A stretch of DNA of 64,000 nucleotides, from the NCBI RefSeq assembly GCF_058153355.1, contig NZ_CM177019.1; one strand, given 5' to 3'. The position numbers were made by a program, and so were the translations under genes. Every line of letters begins with the position of its first letter. The stretch's first letter is position 1. The notes below the pieces were generated by a model that saw only the letters and a list, made by a program, of their open reading frames with translations, searched no databases and was not told the DNA's origin. This document shows positions 35,770 to 49,952 of the stretch, piece after piece.

Positions 35770-38010
35770 ATGAACAAGAAGATTCATTCCCTGGCCTTGT
35801 TGGTCAATCTGGGGATTTATGGGGTAGCGCAGGCACAAGAGCCAACCGATACTCCTGTTTCACATGACGATACTATTGTCGTTACCGCCGCCGAGCAGAA
35901 CTTGCAGGCGCCTGGCGTTTCGACCATCACCGCAGATGAAATCCGCAAAAACCCGGTTGCCCGCGATGTATCGGAGATCATTCGTACCATGCCTGGCGTT
36001 AACCTGACCGGTAACTCCACCAGTGGTCAGCGTGGTAATAATCGCCAGATTGATATTCGCGGCATGGGTCCGGAAAATACGCTGATTTTGATTGACGGTA
36101 AGCCTGTCAGCAGCCGTAACTCGGTGCGTCAGGGCTGGCGTGGCGAGCGTGATACCCGTGGTGATACCTCCTGGGTGCCGCCTGAAATGATTGAACGTAT
36201 TGAAGTTCTGCGTGGTCCGGCAGCTGCGCGTTATGGCAACGGCGCGGCGGGCGGCGTGGTTAACATCATTACCAAAAAAGGCAGCGGCGAGTGGCACGGC
36301 TCCTGGGATGCTTATTTCAATGCGCCAGAGCATAAAGAGGAAGGTGCCACCAAACGCACCAATTTCAGCTTGACCGGTCCGCTGGGCGACGAATTCAGCT
36401 TCCGTTTATATGGCAACCTCGACAAAACTCAGGCTGATGCGTGGGATATTAACCAGGGCCATCAGTCAGCGCGTGCCGGAACGTATGCCACGACGTTACC
36501 AGCCGGGCGCGAAGGGGTGATCAACAAAGATATCAATGGCGTGGTGCGTTGGGACTTCGCCCCTATGCAATCACTCGAACTTGAAGCGGGCTACAGCCGC
36601 CAGGGTAACCTGTATGCAGGTGATACCCAAAACACCAACTCCGATTCCTATACGCGCTCGAAATATGGCGATGAAACCAACCGCCTGTATCGCCAGAACT
36701 ACTCGCTGACCTGGAACGGTGGCTGGGATAACGGCGTGACCACCAGCAATTGGGTGCAGTACGAACACACCCGTAACTCGCGTATACCGGAAGGTTTGGC
36801 GGGCGGCACCGAAGGGAAATTTAACGAAAAAGCGACACAAGATTTCGTCGATATCGATCTTGATGACGTGATGTTGCACAGCGAAGTTAACCTGCCGATT
36901 GATTTCCTCGTTAACCAGACGCTGACGCTGGGGACTGAGTGGAATCAGCAGCGGATGAAGGACTTAAGTTCCAACACCCAGGCGCTGACCGGAACGAATA
37001 CCGGCGGTGCTATTGATGGTGTAAGTGCCACTGACCGTAGCCCATATTCAAAGGCAGAAATTTTCTCGCTATTTGCCGAAAACAACATGGAGCTGACTGA
37101 CAGCACCATCGTAACGCCGGGGCTGCGTTTCGATCATCACAGCATTGTCGGCAATAACTGGAGTCCGGCGCTGAATATATCGCAAGGTTTAGGCGATGAC
37201 TTCACGCTGAAAATGGGCATCGCCCGTGCTTATAAAGCGCCGAGCCTGTACCAGACTAACCCGAACTACATTCTCTACAGTAAAGGTCAGGGCTGCTATG
37301 CCAGCGCGGGCGGCTGCTATTTGCAAGGTAATGATGACCTGAAAGCGGAAACCAGCATCAACAAAGAGATTGGTCTGGAGTTCAAACGCGACGGCTGGCT
37401 GGCGGGCGTCACCTGGTTCCGTAACGATTATCGCAATAAGATTGAAGCGGGCTATGTGGCTGTAGGGCAAAACGCAGTCGGCACCGATCTCTATCAGTGG
37501 GATAACGTGCCGAAAGCGGTGGTTGAAGGTCTGGAAGGATCGTTAAACGTACCGGTTAGCGAAACGGTGATGTGGACCAACAACATCACTTATATGCTGA
37601 AGAGTGAAAACAAAACCACGGGCGACCGTTTATCGATCATCCCGGAGTATACGTTGAACTCAACGCTGAGCTGGCAGGCACGGGAAGATTTGTCGATGCA
37701 AACGACCTTCACCTGGTACGGCAAGCAGCAGCCGAAGAAGTACAACTATAAAGGTCAGCCAGCGGTTGGACCGGAAACCAAAGAAATTAGCCCTTACAGC
37801 ATTGTTGGCCTGAGCGCGACCTGGGATGTGACGAAGAATGTCAGTCTGACCGGCGGCGTGGACAACCTGTTCGACAAGCGTTTGTGGCGAGCGGGTAATG
37901 CCCAGACCACGGGCGATTTGGCAGGAGCCAACTATATCGCGGGTGCCGGGGCGTATACCTATAACGAGCCGGGACGTACATGGTATATGAGCGTAAACAC
38001 TCACTTCTGA
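35770..38010 (+). CDS. fepA: TonB-dependent ferric-enterobactin outer-membrane receptor
   Basis: ORF 35713..38010; FepA recognised from MNKKIHSLALLVNLGIYGVAQA (signal peptide); TonB box DTIVVTA; C-terminal F. Confidence 0.95.
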   Translation: MNKKIHSLALLVNLGIYGVAQAQEPTDTPVSHDDTIVVTAAEQNLQAPGVSTITADEIRKNPVARDVSEIIRTMPGVNLTGNSTSGQRGNNRQIDIRGMGPENTLILIDGKPVSSRNSVRQGWRGERDTRGDTSWVPPEMIERIEVLRGPAAARYGNGAAGGVVNIITKKGSGEWHGSWDAYFNAPEHKEEGATKRTNFSLTGPLGDEFSFRLYGNLDKTQADAWDINQGHQSARAGTYATTLPAGREGVINKDINGVVRWDFAPMQSLELEAGYSRQGNLYAGDTQNTNSDSYTRSKYGDETNRLYRQNYSLTWNGGWDNGVTTSNWVQYEHTRNSRIPEGLAGGTEGKFNEKATQDFVDIDLDDVMLHSEVNLPIDFLVNQTLTLGTEWNQQRMKDLSSNTQALTGTNTGGAIDGVSATDRSPYSKAEIFSLFAENNMELTDSTIVTPGLRFDHHSIVGNNWSPALNISQGLGDDFTLKMGIARAYKAPSLYQTNPNYILYSKGQGCYASAGGCYLQGNDDLKAETSINKEIGLEFKRDGWLAGVTWFRNDYRNKIEAGYVAVGQNAVGTDLYQWDNVPKAVVEGLEGSLNVPVSETVMWTNNITYMLKSENKTTGDRLSIIPEYTLNSTLSWQAREDLSMQTTFTWYGKQQPKKYNYKGQPAVGPETKEISPYSIVGLSATWDVTKNVSLTGGVDNLFDKRLWRAGNAQTTGDLAGANYIAGAGAYTYNEPGRTWYMSVNTHF

Positions 38011-38039
38011 TGCTAACGTCAGATTGTTGACAAAGTGCG

Positions 38040-38140
38040 CGTCGTTCATGCCGGATGCGGCGTGAACGCCTTATCCGGCCTACAAAAATCTTGCCAATTC
38101 AATATATTGCAGGATAGTGTAGGCCTGATAAGCGTAGCGC
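38040..38140. repeat. REP (repetitive extragenic palindromic) elements
   Basis: gccggatgcggcgtgaacgccttatccggcctac and an inverted partner (aggcctgataagcgtagcgcatcaggc) between fepA and entD. Confidence 0.7.
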
Positions 38141-38175
38141 ATCAGGCAGTTTTGCGTTTGTCATCAGTCTCTAAT

Positions 38176-38805
38176 ATGGTCGATATGAAAACTACGCATA
38201 CCTCCCTCCCCTTTGCCGGACATACGCTGCATTTTGTTGAGTTCGATCCAGTAAATTTTCGCGAGCAGGATTTACTCTGGCTGCCACACTACGCACAACT
38301 GCAACACGCTGGACGTAAACGTAAAACAGAGCATTTAGCCGGACGGATCGCTGCTGTTTACGCCTTGCGGGAATATGGCTATAAATGTGTGCCCGCAATC
38401 GGCGAGCTACGCCAACCTGTGTGGCCTGCGGAGGTATACGGCAGTATTAGCCACTGCGGGACTACAGCATTAGCCGTGGTATCTCGTCAACCGATTGGCA
38501 TTGATATCGAAGAGATTTTCTCTGTACAAACCGCAAGAGAATTGACAGACAACATTATTACACCAGCAGAACACGAGCGACTCGCAGAATGCGGTTTAAC
38601 CTTTTCTCTGGCGCTGACACTGGCATTTTCCGCCAAAGAGAGCGCATTTAAGGAAAGCAAGATACAGGCCGCTCAAGGTTTTCTGGGTTATCAGATAATT
38701 AGCTGGAATAAACAGCAGATCATCATTCGACTAGAGGATGAGCAGTTTGCTGTGCACTGGCAGATAAAAGAAAAAATAGTCATAACGCTGTGCCAACACG
38801 ATTAA
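38176..38805 (+). CDS. entD: 4'-phosphopantetheinyl transferase (activates EntB/EntF)
   Basis: ORF 38035..38805; EntD recognised from (MVD)MKTTHTSLPFAGHTLHFVEF; start at 38176 or 38185. Confidence 0.85.
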   Translation: MVDMKTTHTSLPFAGHTLHFVEFDPVNFREQDLLWLPHYAQLQHAGRKRKTEHLAGRIAAVYALREYGYKCVPAIGELRQPVWPAEVYGSISHCGTTALAVVSRQPIGIDIEEIFSVQTARELTDNIITPAEHERLAECGLTFSLALTLAFSAKESAFKESKIQAAQGFLGYQIISWNKQQIIIRLEDEQFAVHWQIKEKIVITLCQHD

Positions 38806-38926
38806 TTGACAACATCTGGTACGATTCGCCCGCAGCCATCACTGACCACGGGCGAAAGTGTAAAGCAGGTGCCTTACCATCCTGACCTAACAACCGGATA
38901 TGCGGGGATTACTCCCCGCACAACGG

Positions 38927-39079
38927 CTACTTCTTCGGTTCGTAAGCGAGAACAGCCCTGAACTCAATATTACGTTCCTTTACGGTGAACTCACACAGCG
39001 AGTCGCCGACCAGAAGCGTAAATCCCAGCACTGTCAAACACAGCACTATGACCGCCACAAGGGCATATTTCGTCAGCAT
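38927..39079 (-). CDS. hokE: Hok-family type I toxin (50 aa), copy 1
   Basis: [50 protein letters not shown], a canonical Hok/Gef membrane toxin. Confidence 0.85.
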   Translation of the reverse strand: MLTKYALVAVIVLCLTVLGFTLLVGDSLCEFTVKERNIEFRAVLAYEPKK

Positions 39080-39428
39080 GTTTATATTGCCTCCATGCGA
39101 AGAAGGGACTACCATCCAAATTGTCTGGTTTGGAGTGGCGGCCCCAGGGTTGATAGAAATATCTCCTGGGGCTTCATCTTTCCAGACCTCAGAGTAAACC
39201 TGAAACCGGAAAGCTTCAGGCACCCGCCGTTATCTTACCCTTCCTTAGCAAAATGGCTGTTTATTTATACAGTGAGTCCTGTTTCGGACTTCTGTTGGCA
39301 AAACTGATCATTGCCCTTAAAACGACATCGCCCGCAGCCATCACTGACCGCGGGCGAAAGTGTAAAGCAGGTGCCTTACCATCCTGACCTGACAACCGGA
39401 TATGCGGGGATTACTCCCCGCACAACGG

Positions 39429-39581
39429 CTACTTCTTCGGTTCGTAAGCGAGAACAGCCTTAAACTCAATATTACGTTCCTTTACGGTGAACTCACACAG
39501 CGAGTCGCCGACAAGAAGCGTAAATCCCAGCACCGTCAAACACAGCACTATGACTGCCACAAAGGCATATTTCGTCAGCAT
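39429..39581 (-). CDS. hokE: Hok-family type I toxin (50 aa), copy 2
   Basis: [50 protein letters not shown]; differs from copy 1 at two residues (L6F, R41K). Confidence 0.85.
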   Translation of the reverse strand: MLTKYAFVAVIVLCLTVLGFTLLVGDSLCEFTVKERNIEFKAVLAYEPKK

Positions 39582-40023
39582 GTTTATATTGCCTCCATGC
39601 GAAGAAGGGACTACCATCCAAATTGTTCGGGTTTGGAGTGGCAGCCCCAGGGTTGATAGAAATATCTCCTGGGGCTTCATCTTCCAGACCTCAGAGTAAA
39701 CCTGAAACCGGAAAGCTTCAGGCACCCGCCGTTATCTTACCCTTCCTTAGCAAAATAGCTGTTTATTTATACAGTTGGTCTTATTTCGGACTTCTCACTA
39801 CGCATTAGATCAACCGAAACTAAGCCAGTTTTTCCTTCGCCCCTCAATCGTCAAAATTCTCCGCCGCCAGCCAGCTCTGCCATAACCTGGCACATTGCAA
39901 AAGTAGCCAAATTGCTTCAGTAGCAATCAGTTCACCATCACCAAAAAAAAAGAAACATTCCAGAACTTCCGCATCTCCCCCGGCCGCTCCCACTTCTATA
40001 CTGAAATGAAAACGCCAACATAA

Positions 40024-41151
<1,128 letters not shown>

Positions 41152-41216
41152 GTCGGGAATTGCCTTACAGAAGAATATCCCTGACAATGGTGTTTTAACT
41201 TACATTTAACAATGTT

Positions 41217-41465
41217 ATGAAACACCCTTTAGAAACCTTAACCACCGCAGCAGGCATTTTGCTGATGGCTTTCCTCTCTTGCCTGCTGCTGCCCGCCCCC
41301 GCACTGGGACTGACGCTGGCACAAAAACTGGTGAACACGTTCCATCTGATGGATCTTAGCCAGCTTTACACTTTATTGTTTTGCCTGTGGTTTTTAGTGC
41401 TGGGCGCAATTGAGTATTTTGTTCTGCGCTTTATCTGGCGACGCTGGTTCTCGCTGGCGGATTAA
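41217..41465 (+). CDS. ybdJ: Small inner-membrane protein (DUF1158)
   Basis: 82-aa hydrophobic ORF in the position of ybdJ. Confidence 0.7.
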   Translation: MKHPLETLTTAAGILLMAFLSCLLLPAPALGLTLAQKLVNTFHLMDLSQLYTLLFCLWFLVLGAIEYFVLRFIWRRWFSLAD

Positions 41466-41529
41466 ACGTCGATTATCGCCGTACTTCACGGCATACTTTG
41501 CTTATTCTCCTTCGCCTAAAGGAACGTTT

Positions 41530-41898
41530 ATGGATAAGCAATCACTGCACGAAACGGCGAAACGCCTGGCCCTTGAGTTACCCTTTGTCGAGCTTTGCTG
41601 GCCTTTTGGCCCGGAGTTCGATGTTTTTAAAATTGGCGGCAAGATTTTTATGCTGTCGTCGGAGCTGCGCGGCGTCCCCTTTATCAATTTGAAGTCCGAT
41701 CCACAAAAATCCCTGTTAAATCAGCAGATATACCCGAGCATTAAGCCAGGGTATCACATGAATAAGAAGCACTGGATTTCAGTGTATCCAGGCGATGAGA
41801 TCTCCGAAGCGTTACTGCGCGATCTTATCGATGATTCATGGAATTTAGTGGTTGATGGCTTATCTAAACGCGATCAAAAAAGAGTGCGCCCAGAGTAA
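41530..41898 (+). CDS. ybdF: Conserved protein (DUF419)
   Basis: ORF 41410..41898; YbdF recognised from [21 protein letters not shown]. Confidence 0.7.
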   Translation: MDKQSLHETAKRLALELPFVELCWPFGPEFDVFKIGGKIFMLSSELRGVPFINLKSDPQKSLLNQQIYPSIKPGYHMNKKHWISVYPGDEISEALLRDLIDDSWNLVVDGLSKRDQKRVRPE

Positions 41899-41992
41899 AA
41901 GCGAAAATCTATAGCGCATTTTTCTCGCTTACCATTTCTTGTTGAACCTTGTAATCTGCTGGCACGCAAAATTACTTACACATGGAGTCTTT

Positions 41993-42646
41993 ATGGATAT
42001 CATTTCTGTCGCCTTAAAGCGTCATTCCACTAAGGCATTTGATGCCAGCAATAAACTTACCCCGGAACAGGCCGAGCAGATCAAAATGCTGCTGCAGTAC
42101 AGCCCATCCAGCACCAACTCCCAGCCGTGGCATTTTATTGTTGCCAGCACGGAAGAAGGCAAAGCGCGTGTTGCCAAATCCGCCGCCGATAATTACGTGT
42201 TCAACGAGCGCAAAATGCTTGATGCCTCGCACGTCGTGGTGTTCTGCGCGAAAACCGCGATGGACGATGCCTGGCTGAAACAGGTTGTTGACCAGGAAGA
42301 TGCCGATGGCCGCTTTGCCACGCCGGAAGCGAAAGCCGCGAACGATAAAGGTCGCAAATTCTTCGCCGATATGCACCGTAAAGATCTGCATGATGATGCT
42401 GAGTGGATGGCAAAACAGGTTTACCTCAACGTCGGTAACTTCCTGCTGGGCGTTGCGGCGCTGGGTCTGGACGCGGTGCCAATCGAAGGTTTTGACGCAG
42501 CAATCCTCGATGAAGAATTCGGTTTGAAAGAGAAAGGCTACACCAGCCTGGTGGTTGTTCCGGTAGGTCATCACAGCGTCGAAGATTTCAACGCTACACT
42601 GCCGAAATCCCGTCTGCCGCAAAACATCACCATAACTGAAGTGTAA
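41993..42646 (+). CDS. nfsB: Oxygen-insensitive NAD(P)H nitroreductase B
   Basis: ORF 41939..42646; NfsB recognised from [19 protein letters not shown]. Confidence 0.9.
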   Translation: MDIISVALKRHSTKAFDASNKLTPEQAEQIKMLLQYSPSSTNSQPWHFIVASTEEGKARVAKSAADNYVFNERKMLDASHVVVFCAKTAMDDAWLKQVVDQEDADGRFATPEAKAANDKGRKFFADMHRKDLHDDAEWMAKQVYLNVGNFLLGVAALGLDAVPIEGFDAAILDEEFGLKEKGYTSLVVVPVGHHSVEDFNATLPKSRLPQNITITEV

Positions 42647-42705
42647 TTCTCCTTTGCCGGGCATCCGCCCGGCTATTTCCCCTCAGATTATCCTGATTTG
42701 CATAA

Positions 42706-44001
<1,296 letters not shown>

Positions 44002-44005
44002 TTAA

Positions 44006-44040
44006 AAAACCGCTCTCATCGAATGGATGAGAGCGGTTTA
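44006..44040. terminator. Bidirectional terminator between convergent ybdG and pheP
   Basis: Perfect palindrome aaccgctctcatcgaatggatgagagcggttt flanked by A/T runs; REP-like sequence follows. Confidence 0.75.
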
Positions 44041-44080
44041 GGATGGTTGACATCGTTTTGTCGGATGTAGCGTGAACGCC

Positions 44081-45457
44081 TTATTTCCGACGCAGCGTTT
44101 TAAACGCCACAAACAGGAATACAATCCACACTGGCAGCAAAATCGCTGACAAGCGCATATCATCCAACGTGCACATCAGCAGCAAAATCATGCCGAGGAA
44201 GGCAATGCAGAGATAATTGCCGAATGGATAAAGCAGCGCTTTAAACTGTGTTTCACGCCCCTGACGTCGCATCGCCGCGCGAAAACGCAGATGCGCCAGA
44301 CAGATCATAATCCAGTTCAACAGCAACGTTGCCACCACCAGCGCCATCAGCAGACCAAACGCTTTTTGCGGCAGCAGATAGTTAATCAGCACCACCAGAG
44401 AAGTGATCGCCCCGGAAAGCATCAGCGAGTTGATCGGCACACCGCGATGGCTAACGCGGGTAAGAAACTTCGGCGCATTACCCTGCACAGAAAGGCCAAA
44501 CAGCATGCGGCTGTTGGAGTAAACCCCACTGTTATAGACCGACAACGATGCCACCAGAATGACGAAATTCAGCGCAGAAGCCACCACATTGCTGTCGAGA
44601 TTATGGAAAATCATCACAAACGGGCTACTGTTAGATTTCACTTCCACCCACGGATAGAGCGCCAGTAAAACCACCAGTGAACCGATATAAAACAGCAGGA
44701 TGCGATAAACCACCTGATTTACCGCTTTTGGAATACTTTTTTCCGGATCGCGCGCTTCAGCCGCAGTAATCCCAATCAGTTCCAGCCCGCCGAAGGAAAA
44801 CATGATCACCGCCAAGGACAAAATCAGCCCATTCCAGCCCGTGGCGAAGAAACCACCATAGCGCCAAAGGTTGTCGATACTGGCTTTCTCACCGCCGTGA
44901 CCAGAAAACAGCAGCCACAGGCCAAAGCCGATCATGCCGATAATTGCCAGCACTTTAATCAGCGCAAACCAGAACTCAGTTTCGCCATATAAGCGCACGT
45001 TCACCAGGTTAACAGCGTTGATGATAATAAAGAAGGCGGCAGCCCAGATCCAGGTGGGAACATCCGGGAACCAGTACTGCATATAGATGCCCGCAGCGGT
45101 CAGCTCAGCCATCCCCACCAGTACGAACATCACCCAGTAGTTCCAGCCTGAGAGGAAGCCCGCAAACGGTCCCCAGTATTTATAGGCAAAGTGGGCAAAC
45201 GAACCGGATACCGGCTCCTCAACCACCATCTCGCCAAGCTGGCGCATAATCAGGAAAGCAATGATCCCGGCGACGCCGTAGCCCAACAAGACAGCCGGAC
45301 CTGCCATCTGAATCGCCGGGCCAATGCCAAGAAACAGACCAGTACCAATAGCGCCACCCAGCGCAATCAGTTGAATATGACGGTTATGTAATCCGCGATG
45401 AAGCGTCGGCTCTTTATTCGACGCAGTATCTTCCGATACGGTTGACGCGTTTTTCAC
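44081..45457 (-). CDS. pheP: Phenylalanine-specific permease (APC family)
   Basis: ORF 44081..45493; PheP recognised from (V/M)KNASTVSEDTASN...; probable GTG start at 45457. Confidence 0.9.
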   Translation of the reverse strand: MKNASTVSEDTASNKEPTLHRGLHNRHIQLIALGGAIGTGLFLGIGPAIQMAGPAVLLGYGVAGIIAFLIMRQLGEMVVEEPVSGSFAHFAYKYWGPFAGFLSGWNYWVMFVLVGMAELTAAGIYMQYWFPDVPTWIWAAAFFIIINAVNLVNVRLYGETEFWFALIKVLAIIGMIGFGLWLLFSGHGGEKASIDNLWRYGGFFATGWNGLILSLAVIMFSFGGLELIGITAAEARDPEKSIPKAVNQVVYRILLFYIGSLVVLLALYPWVEVKSNSSPFVMIFHNLDSNVVASALNFVILVASLSVYNSGVYSNSRMLFGLSVQGNAPKFLTRVSHRGVPINSLMLSGAITSLVVLINYLLPQKAFGLLMALVVATLLLNWIMICLAHLRFRAAMRRQGRETQFKALLYPFGNYLCIAFLGMILLLMCTLDDMRLSAILLPVWIVFLFVAFKTLRRK

Positions 45458-45558
45458 GCCTTTCCCCTGTGTGTCTTTTTTGTTGAGGGGCACCTTTTAA
45501 CATTTAGTGCCCATCGTCGCAAGACACAATCCACACGGTTAAACCGGGTATCTTGCTT

Positions 45559-48500
45559 TTATTTCCGTACCCGGTGTCGGTGCAGCCACATCAGCTTATA
45601 CGCCGCCGGAATAATAAACAGCGACAGCAAAGGTGCGGTGATCATGCCGCCAATCATCGGCGCGGCAATCCGGCTCATCACCTCTGAACCTGCCCCCGTT
45701 CCCCACAAAATCGGCAGCAGACCCGCGATAATCACCGCCACCGTCATCGCTTTCGGGCGCACGCGCAGTACCGCGCCGTGATATAACGCTTCATCCAGCT
45801 TCTGCTCGCTGAATGTTTGCGGATTATCCAGGGATGGATCTGCCTCTATGGCGTGACGTAAATACATCAGCATCACCACGCCAAATTCGGCGGCGACTCC
45901 CGCGAGGGCGATAAAGCCAGTGCCCGTTGCCACGGAAAGATGAAAATCCATCCACCACAGCAACCAGATACCACCCACCAGCGCAAACGGTACGCTGCTG
46001 ATAATCAGTAACGCTTCACCCACGCGACGGAACGCCAGATACAACAGCACGAAGATGATCATCAGCGTCATCGGCACCATGAGTTTCAACTTATGGTTGG
46101 CGCGCTCCAGTAGCTCGAACTGCCCGGAGAATGCCACGCTGGTGCCCGGTTTTAACTGCACTTTCCCGGCAATCGCTTTTTGCAGATCGTGAACCACCGA
46201 CACCATGTCACGATCGCGGGCGTCGATATAAATCCAGCTCGTCGGGCGCGCATTCTCGGTTTTCAGCATCGACGGTCCAATGGAGACTTTAACGTCGGCC
46301 ACATCCGCCAGGGTGATTTGCTGCTTCATCGGCGTCAGGATCGGTAGCTGGCGCAGCGCCTGCAGGCTGTCGCGCCAGCTTTGCGAATAACGCAGATTAA
46401 TTGGATAACGGGCAATCCCTTCCACCGTTTCGCCAACCATCGCCCCGCCCACCGCAGAAGTCACAAACAACTGCACATCCGCCACCGTCATACCGTAACG
46501 CGCGGCTTTTTCACGGTTAATCTCAACGTTGATATAGCGCCCACCTTCCAGACGCTCAGCAAGAGCAGAAGCCACGCCTGGCACCGTTCGCGCCACTTCT
46601 TCAATTTGCTCCGCCATCGCGTCGATATCCGCCAGCACAGTGCCGGAAACTTTAATGCCGATGGGGCTTTTAATGCCGGTTGAGAGCATATCGATACGGT
46701 TACGAATTGGCGGCACCCACAGATTTGCCAGCCCCGGCAGACGCACGGTGTTGTCCAGTTCCTCAATGATTTTGTCCATCGTCATGCCTGGCCGCCACTG
46801 ATCCTGTGGCTTAAGCTGGATGGTCGTTTCTACCATCTCCAGCGGTGCGGAGTCGGTGGCGGTTTCCGCTTTCCCGGTTTTGCCAAACACCCGCGCCACT
46901 TCCGGCACGCTCATAATCAGCTTGTCGGTTTTTTGCAGCATACTCGCCGCCTCTGCTGCGGAAATCCCCGGCAGCGTCGATGGCATATACAACAAGTCGC
47001 CTTCATTGATCTGCGGTAAAAATTCCCCGCCAACTTTATTGAGCGGCCAGAGAACCGTCAGCACCGAAAGCGCTGCCACCAGCAGCGTGGTTTTCGGCCA
47101 GTGTAGTACTTTCAGCAACAGCGGATGATAAACACGAATCAAAAAGCGATTGAGCGGGTTACTGCTTTCTGGCGGAATTTTGCCACGGATCCAGTAGCCC
47201 ATCAGGATCGGGATCACTACGATCGCCAGCAGCGCCGCGCCCGCCATCGCATACGTTTTGGTGAACGCCAGCGGGCCAAACAGACGCCCTTCCTGTCCTT
47301 CCAGAGTAAAGATCGGGATAAACGACAACGTGATAATCAGCAAGCTGATAAACAGCGCCGGCCCCACTTCAACAGATGCATCGGTGATCACCTGCCAGCG
47401 CGTTTTATTATCCAGCGTGGCGTCAGGATGCTGGTGCTGCCACTCTTCCAGCCGTTTATGCGCATTCTCGATCATGACGATAGCGGCATCGACCATCGCC
47501 CCGACGGCAATCGCAATACCGCCCAGCGACATAATATTGGCATTCAGCCCCTGGAAGTGCATGATAATAAAAGCAATACACAACCCCAGCGGCAACGAAA
47601 TAATCGCCACCAGTGCCGAGCGCACATGCCAGAGAAACAGCGCGCAGACCATCGCCACCACAATAAACTCTTCCAGCAACTTGCCGCTGAGGTTGTCGAT
47701 GGCGCGGTCAATAAGCTGGCTGCGATCGTATGTTGTAACTATCTCTACGCCTTCCGGCAGACTGCTTTTCAGCGTTTCCAGTTTGTCCTTCACGGCGGCG
47801 ATCACTTCACGGGCGTTTTTGCCGGAACGCAGGATCACCACCCCGCCCGCCACTTCGCCTTCGCCGTTCAGTTCGGCAATGCCCCGGCGCATCTCCGGGC
47901 CAACCTGGACCTTCGCAACATCACGCAGATAAACGGGTACACCATTTTCACTGGCTTTTAAAACGATGTGATTGAAGTCGTCGAGCGTTTGCAGATAGCC
48001 GCTGGCGCGCACCATATATTCCGCTTCCGCCAGTTCGATCGACGAACCGCCCGCTTCCTGGTTTGAAGCATCCAGCGCGCTTTTTACTTCGGCGAGACTG
48101 ATGCCATATTGCGCCAGGCGCTGTGGATCGATAACCACCTGATACTCTTTCACCACACCGCCCACCGACGCCACTTCCGCAACGTCAGGGATGGTTTTTA
48201 GCTCATATTTGAGAAACCAGTCCTGCAATGAGCGTAAATCGGCCAGATCGTGCTTACCGCTGCGATCCACCAGTGCATATTCATAGATCCAGCCAACACC
48301 CGTGGCATCTGGCCCCAACTCGGCGCTGACTCCCGCAGGCAGCTTACCCTGTACCTGGTTGAGGTACTCCAGCACCCGCGAGCGCGCCCAGTACGGATCG
48401 GTGCCATCTTCGAAAATGACATACACATAAGAGTCGCCAAACTGCGAGAAACCGCGCACAGTCTTCGCGCCAGGTACTGACAACATGGTGGTGGTTAGCG

Positions 48501-48702
48501 GATAAGTCACCTGATTTTCAACGATTTGCGGTGCCTGACCGGGATAGCTGGTTTTAATAATCACCTGCACATCGGAGAGATCCGGCAGCGCATCCACTGG
48601 CGTGTTAATGATAGTCCAGGTGCCCCAGATACTCAGAAACAACGCGCCCATCAGCACCAGAAAACGGTTCGCCACCGAGCGACGAATAATCCATTCAATC
48701 AT
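45559..48702 (-). CDS. cusA: Cu(I)/Ag(I) efflux RND transporter
   Basis: 1047-aa RND pump; matches CusA. Confidence 0.95.
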   Translation of the reverse strand: MIEWIIRRSVANRFLVLMGALFLSIWGTWTIINTPVDALPDLSDVQVIIKTSYPGQAPQIVENQVTYPLTTTMLSVPGAKTVRGFSQFGDSYVYVIFEDGTDPYWARSRVLEYLNQVQGKLPAGVSAELGPDATGVGWIYEYALVDRSGKHDLADLRSLQDWFLKYELKTIPDVAEVASVGGVVKEYQVVIDPQRLAQYGISLAEVKSALDASNQEAGGSSIELAEAEYMVRASGYLQTLDDFNHIVLKASENGVPVYLRDVAKVQVGPEMRRGIAELNGEGEVAGGVVILRSGKNAREVIAAVKDKLETLKSSLPEGVEIVTTYDRSQLIDRAIDNLSGKLLEEFIVVAMVCALFLWHVRSALVAIISLPLGLCIAFIIMHFQGLNANIMSLGGIAIAVGAMVDAAIVMIENAHKRLEEWQHQHPDATLDNKTRWQVITDASVEVGPALFISLLIITLSFIPIFTLEGQEGRLFGPLAFTKTYAMAGAALLAIVVIPILMGYWIRGKIPPESSNPLNRFLIRVYHPLLLKVLHWPKTTLLVAALSVLTVLWPLNKVGGEFLPQINEGDLLYMPSTLPGISAAEAASMLQKTDKLIMSVPEVARVFGKTGKAETATDSAPLEMVETTIQLKPQDQWRPGMTMDKIIEELDNTVRLPGLANLWVPPIRNRIDMLSTGIKSPIGIKVSGTVLADIDAMAEQIEEVARTVPGVASALAERLEGGRYINVEINREKAARYGMTVADVQLFVTSAVGGAMVGETVEGIARYPINLRYSQSWRDSLQALRQLPILTPMKQQITLADVADVKVSIGPSMLKTENARPTSWIYIDARDRDMVSVVHDLQKAIAGKVQLKPGTSVAFSGQFELLERANHKLKLMVPMTLMIIFVLLYLAFRRVGEALLIISSVPFALVGGIWLLWWMDFHLSVATGTGFIALAGVAAEFGVVMLMYLRHAIEADPSLDNPQTFSEQKLDEALYHGAVLRVRPKAMTVAVIIAGLLPILWGTGAGSEVMSRIAAPMIGGMITAPLLSLFIIPAAYKLMWLHRHRVRK

Positions 48703-48713
48703 TGGTTATTCCC

Positions 48714-49937
48714 TCAATGCGCATGGGTAGCACTTTCAGAGCGCATCCGCTCCAGTGCGCCAGAAATATTGGCTTCAGAATCAATCAGGAACAGGCCGCT
48801 GGAAACCACCTTTTCACCTTCCGCCAGACCAGAACGTAGCGCGGTGACGCCTTGCGACGCCTGGAAAACAGCAACGCGTTTCGGTACAAAGCGCCCGTCG
48901 GCATCAACGGTAATCACCCGCTGTTCGTTACCAGTATCAATCAGTGCCTGTGACGGAATGAGCAGCATCGGTTCGCTGGCGGTGTTGAGTTGCAACCAGG
49001 CGTTCATTCCCGGTTTTAGCGCCTCGTCGGCGTTGTCGACTTCCAGACGCAGTTGCAGCGTGCGGGTCGCGGCATCCACGCCGGGTAGAAGGGTCCATTT
49101 GCGGATGCTGAGCGTTTTATCCGGTCGCGCCGGAACGGTGAGCGTAAACTGCGAGGCATCTTTCACCAGCCAGGCGATGGACTCCGGGATCGCAGCAGTG
49201 ACCCACACCGGGTCCATACCCTGAATTTTCGCGACCACATTATCTTTGGCGATATTCATTCCCGCGCGCAGATCAAACGCGGTGATCACGCCATCAATGG
49301 GCGCTTTGAGCGTAAAGCGAGTCTGGATTTTTTGCGTGGTAATCAGGCGGCGAATATCGGCCTCCGGCATTCCCGCCAGCCGCAGGCGTTCAAGAATGCC
49401 TTCAGTCTGGGTCGCCGTCCCGCCGGTTTCGCGCAGCAGTAAATACTCACTCTGCGCTTCCACCCAGTCGGGAATGGTCAGGTCGAGAAGCGGTGTGCCC
49501 TTTTGCACTTTATCGCCCACGGTGAGCGGATACACCTTGTCGATAAACCCGGCGGCGCGGGCCTGCACAATGGCAAACTGATACTCGTTGTAACTCACAT
49601 TCGCCGGGAAACTCTGGGCAAAAGTCAGCGGCCCGCGCGTGACGGTCGCCGTTTTCACCCCCAGATTTTGCGTCTGGGTCGGGTCAATGCGCACACCAGA
49701 CACAGAACTCTCTTCATCGGCATATTTCGGCACCAGATCCATATCCATAAACGGCGATTTACCTGGTTTATCGAACCGCGTATTGGGATACATTGGATCG
49801 TACCAGAATAAGACTTTACGTTCTGCGGTCGACGTTTTTTCTGCGGGCGGTTCAGCCTTTGCAAACCAGGTAAAACCTGCCGCAGAAATAATACCGCCCG
49901 CGATCATGCTGCCGATAATAAGCGCGATTTTTTTCAT
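48714..49937 (-). CDS. cusB: Cu/Ag efflux membrane fusion protein
   Basis: 407-aa ORF upstream of cusA. Confidence 0.9.
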   Translation of the reverse strand: MKKIALIIGSMIAGGIISAAGFTWFAKAEPPAEKTSTAERKVLFWYDPMYPNTRFDKPGKSPFMDMDLVPKYADEESSVSGVRIDPTQTQNLGVKTATVTRGPLTFAQSFPANVSYNEYQFAIVQARAAGFIDKVYPLTVGDKVQKGTPLLDLTIPDWVEAQSEYLLLRETGGTATQTEGILERLRLAGMPEADIRRLITTQKIQTRFTLKAPIDGVITAFDLRAGMNIAKDNVVAKIQGMDPVWVTAAIPESIAWLVKDASQFTLTVPARPDKTLSIRKWTLLPGVDAATRTLQLRLEVDNADEALKPGMNAWLQLNTASEPMLLIPSQALIDTGNEQRVITVDADGRFVPKRVAVFQASQGVTALRSGLAEGEKVVSSGLFLIDSEANISGALERMRSESATHAH

Positions 49938-49952
49938 CTCATTAAACCTGGG

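Larger units (their letters stand above)
38826..39795. repeat. Tandem direct duplication (about 468-bp units, period about 502 bp) of the hokE locus
   Basis: 38826-39293 and 39329-39795 align nearly base for base, with a few substitutions and small indels. Confidence 0.9.

Noticed and set aside
38927-39223. 98-aa ORFs (also 39429..39725) extending hok upstream in the same frame, as a possible mok
   Set aside because: Canonical mok overlaps hok in a different frame; the in-frame extension differs between the two copies because of indels, so I call only the 50-aa Hok ORFs.
38900-39656. + strand ORFs 38900..39307 (135 aa) and 39402..39656 (84 aa) across the hok repeats
   Set aside because: Antisense to the hok leader and coding region; the duplicated appearance is a consequence of the tandem repeat, not evidence of a gene.
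42014-42664. 216-aa minus-strand ORF overlapping nfsB
   Set aside because: Antisense to the recognised nitroreductase gene.
47125-49224. 278-aa and 232-aa + strand ORFs (47125..47961, 48526..49224) within cusA/cusB
   Set aside because: Antisense shadow ORFs within cusA/cusB; compositionally biased and lacking start context.
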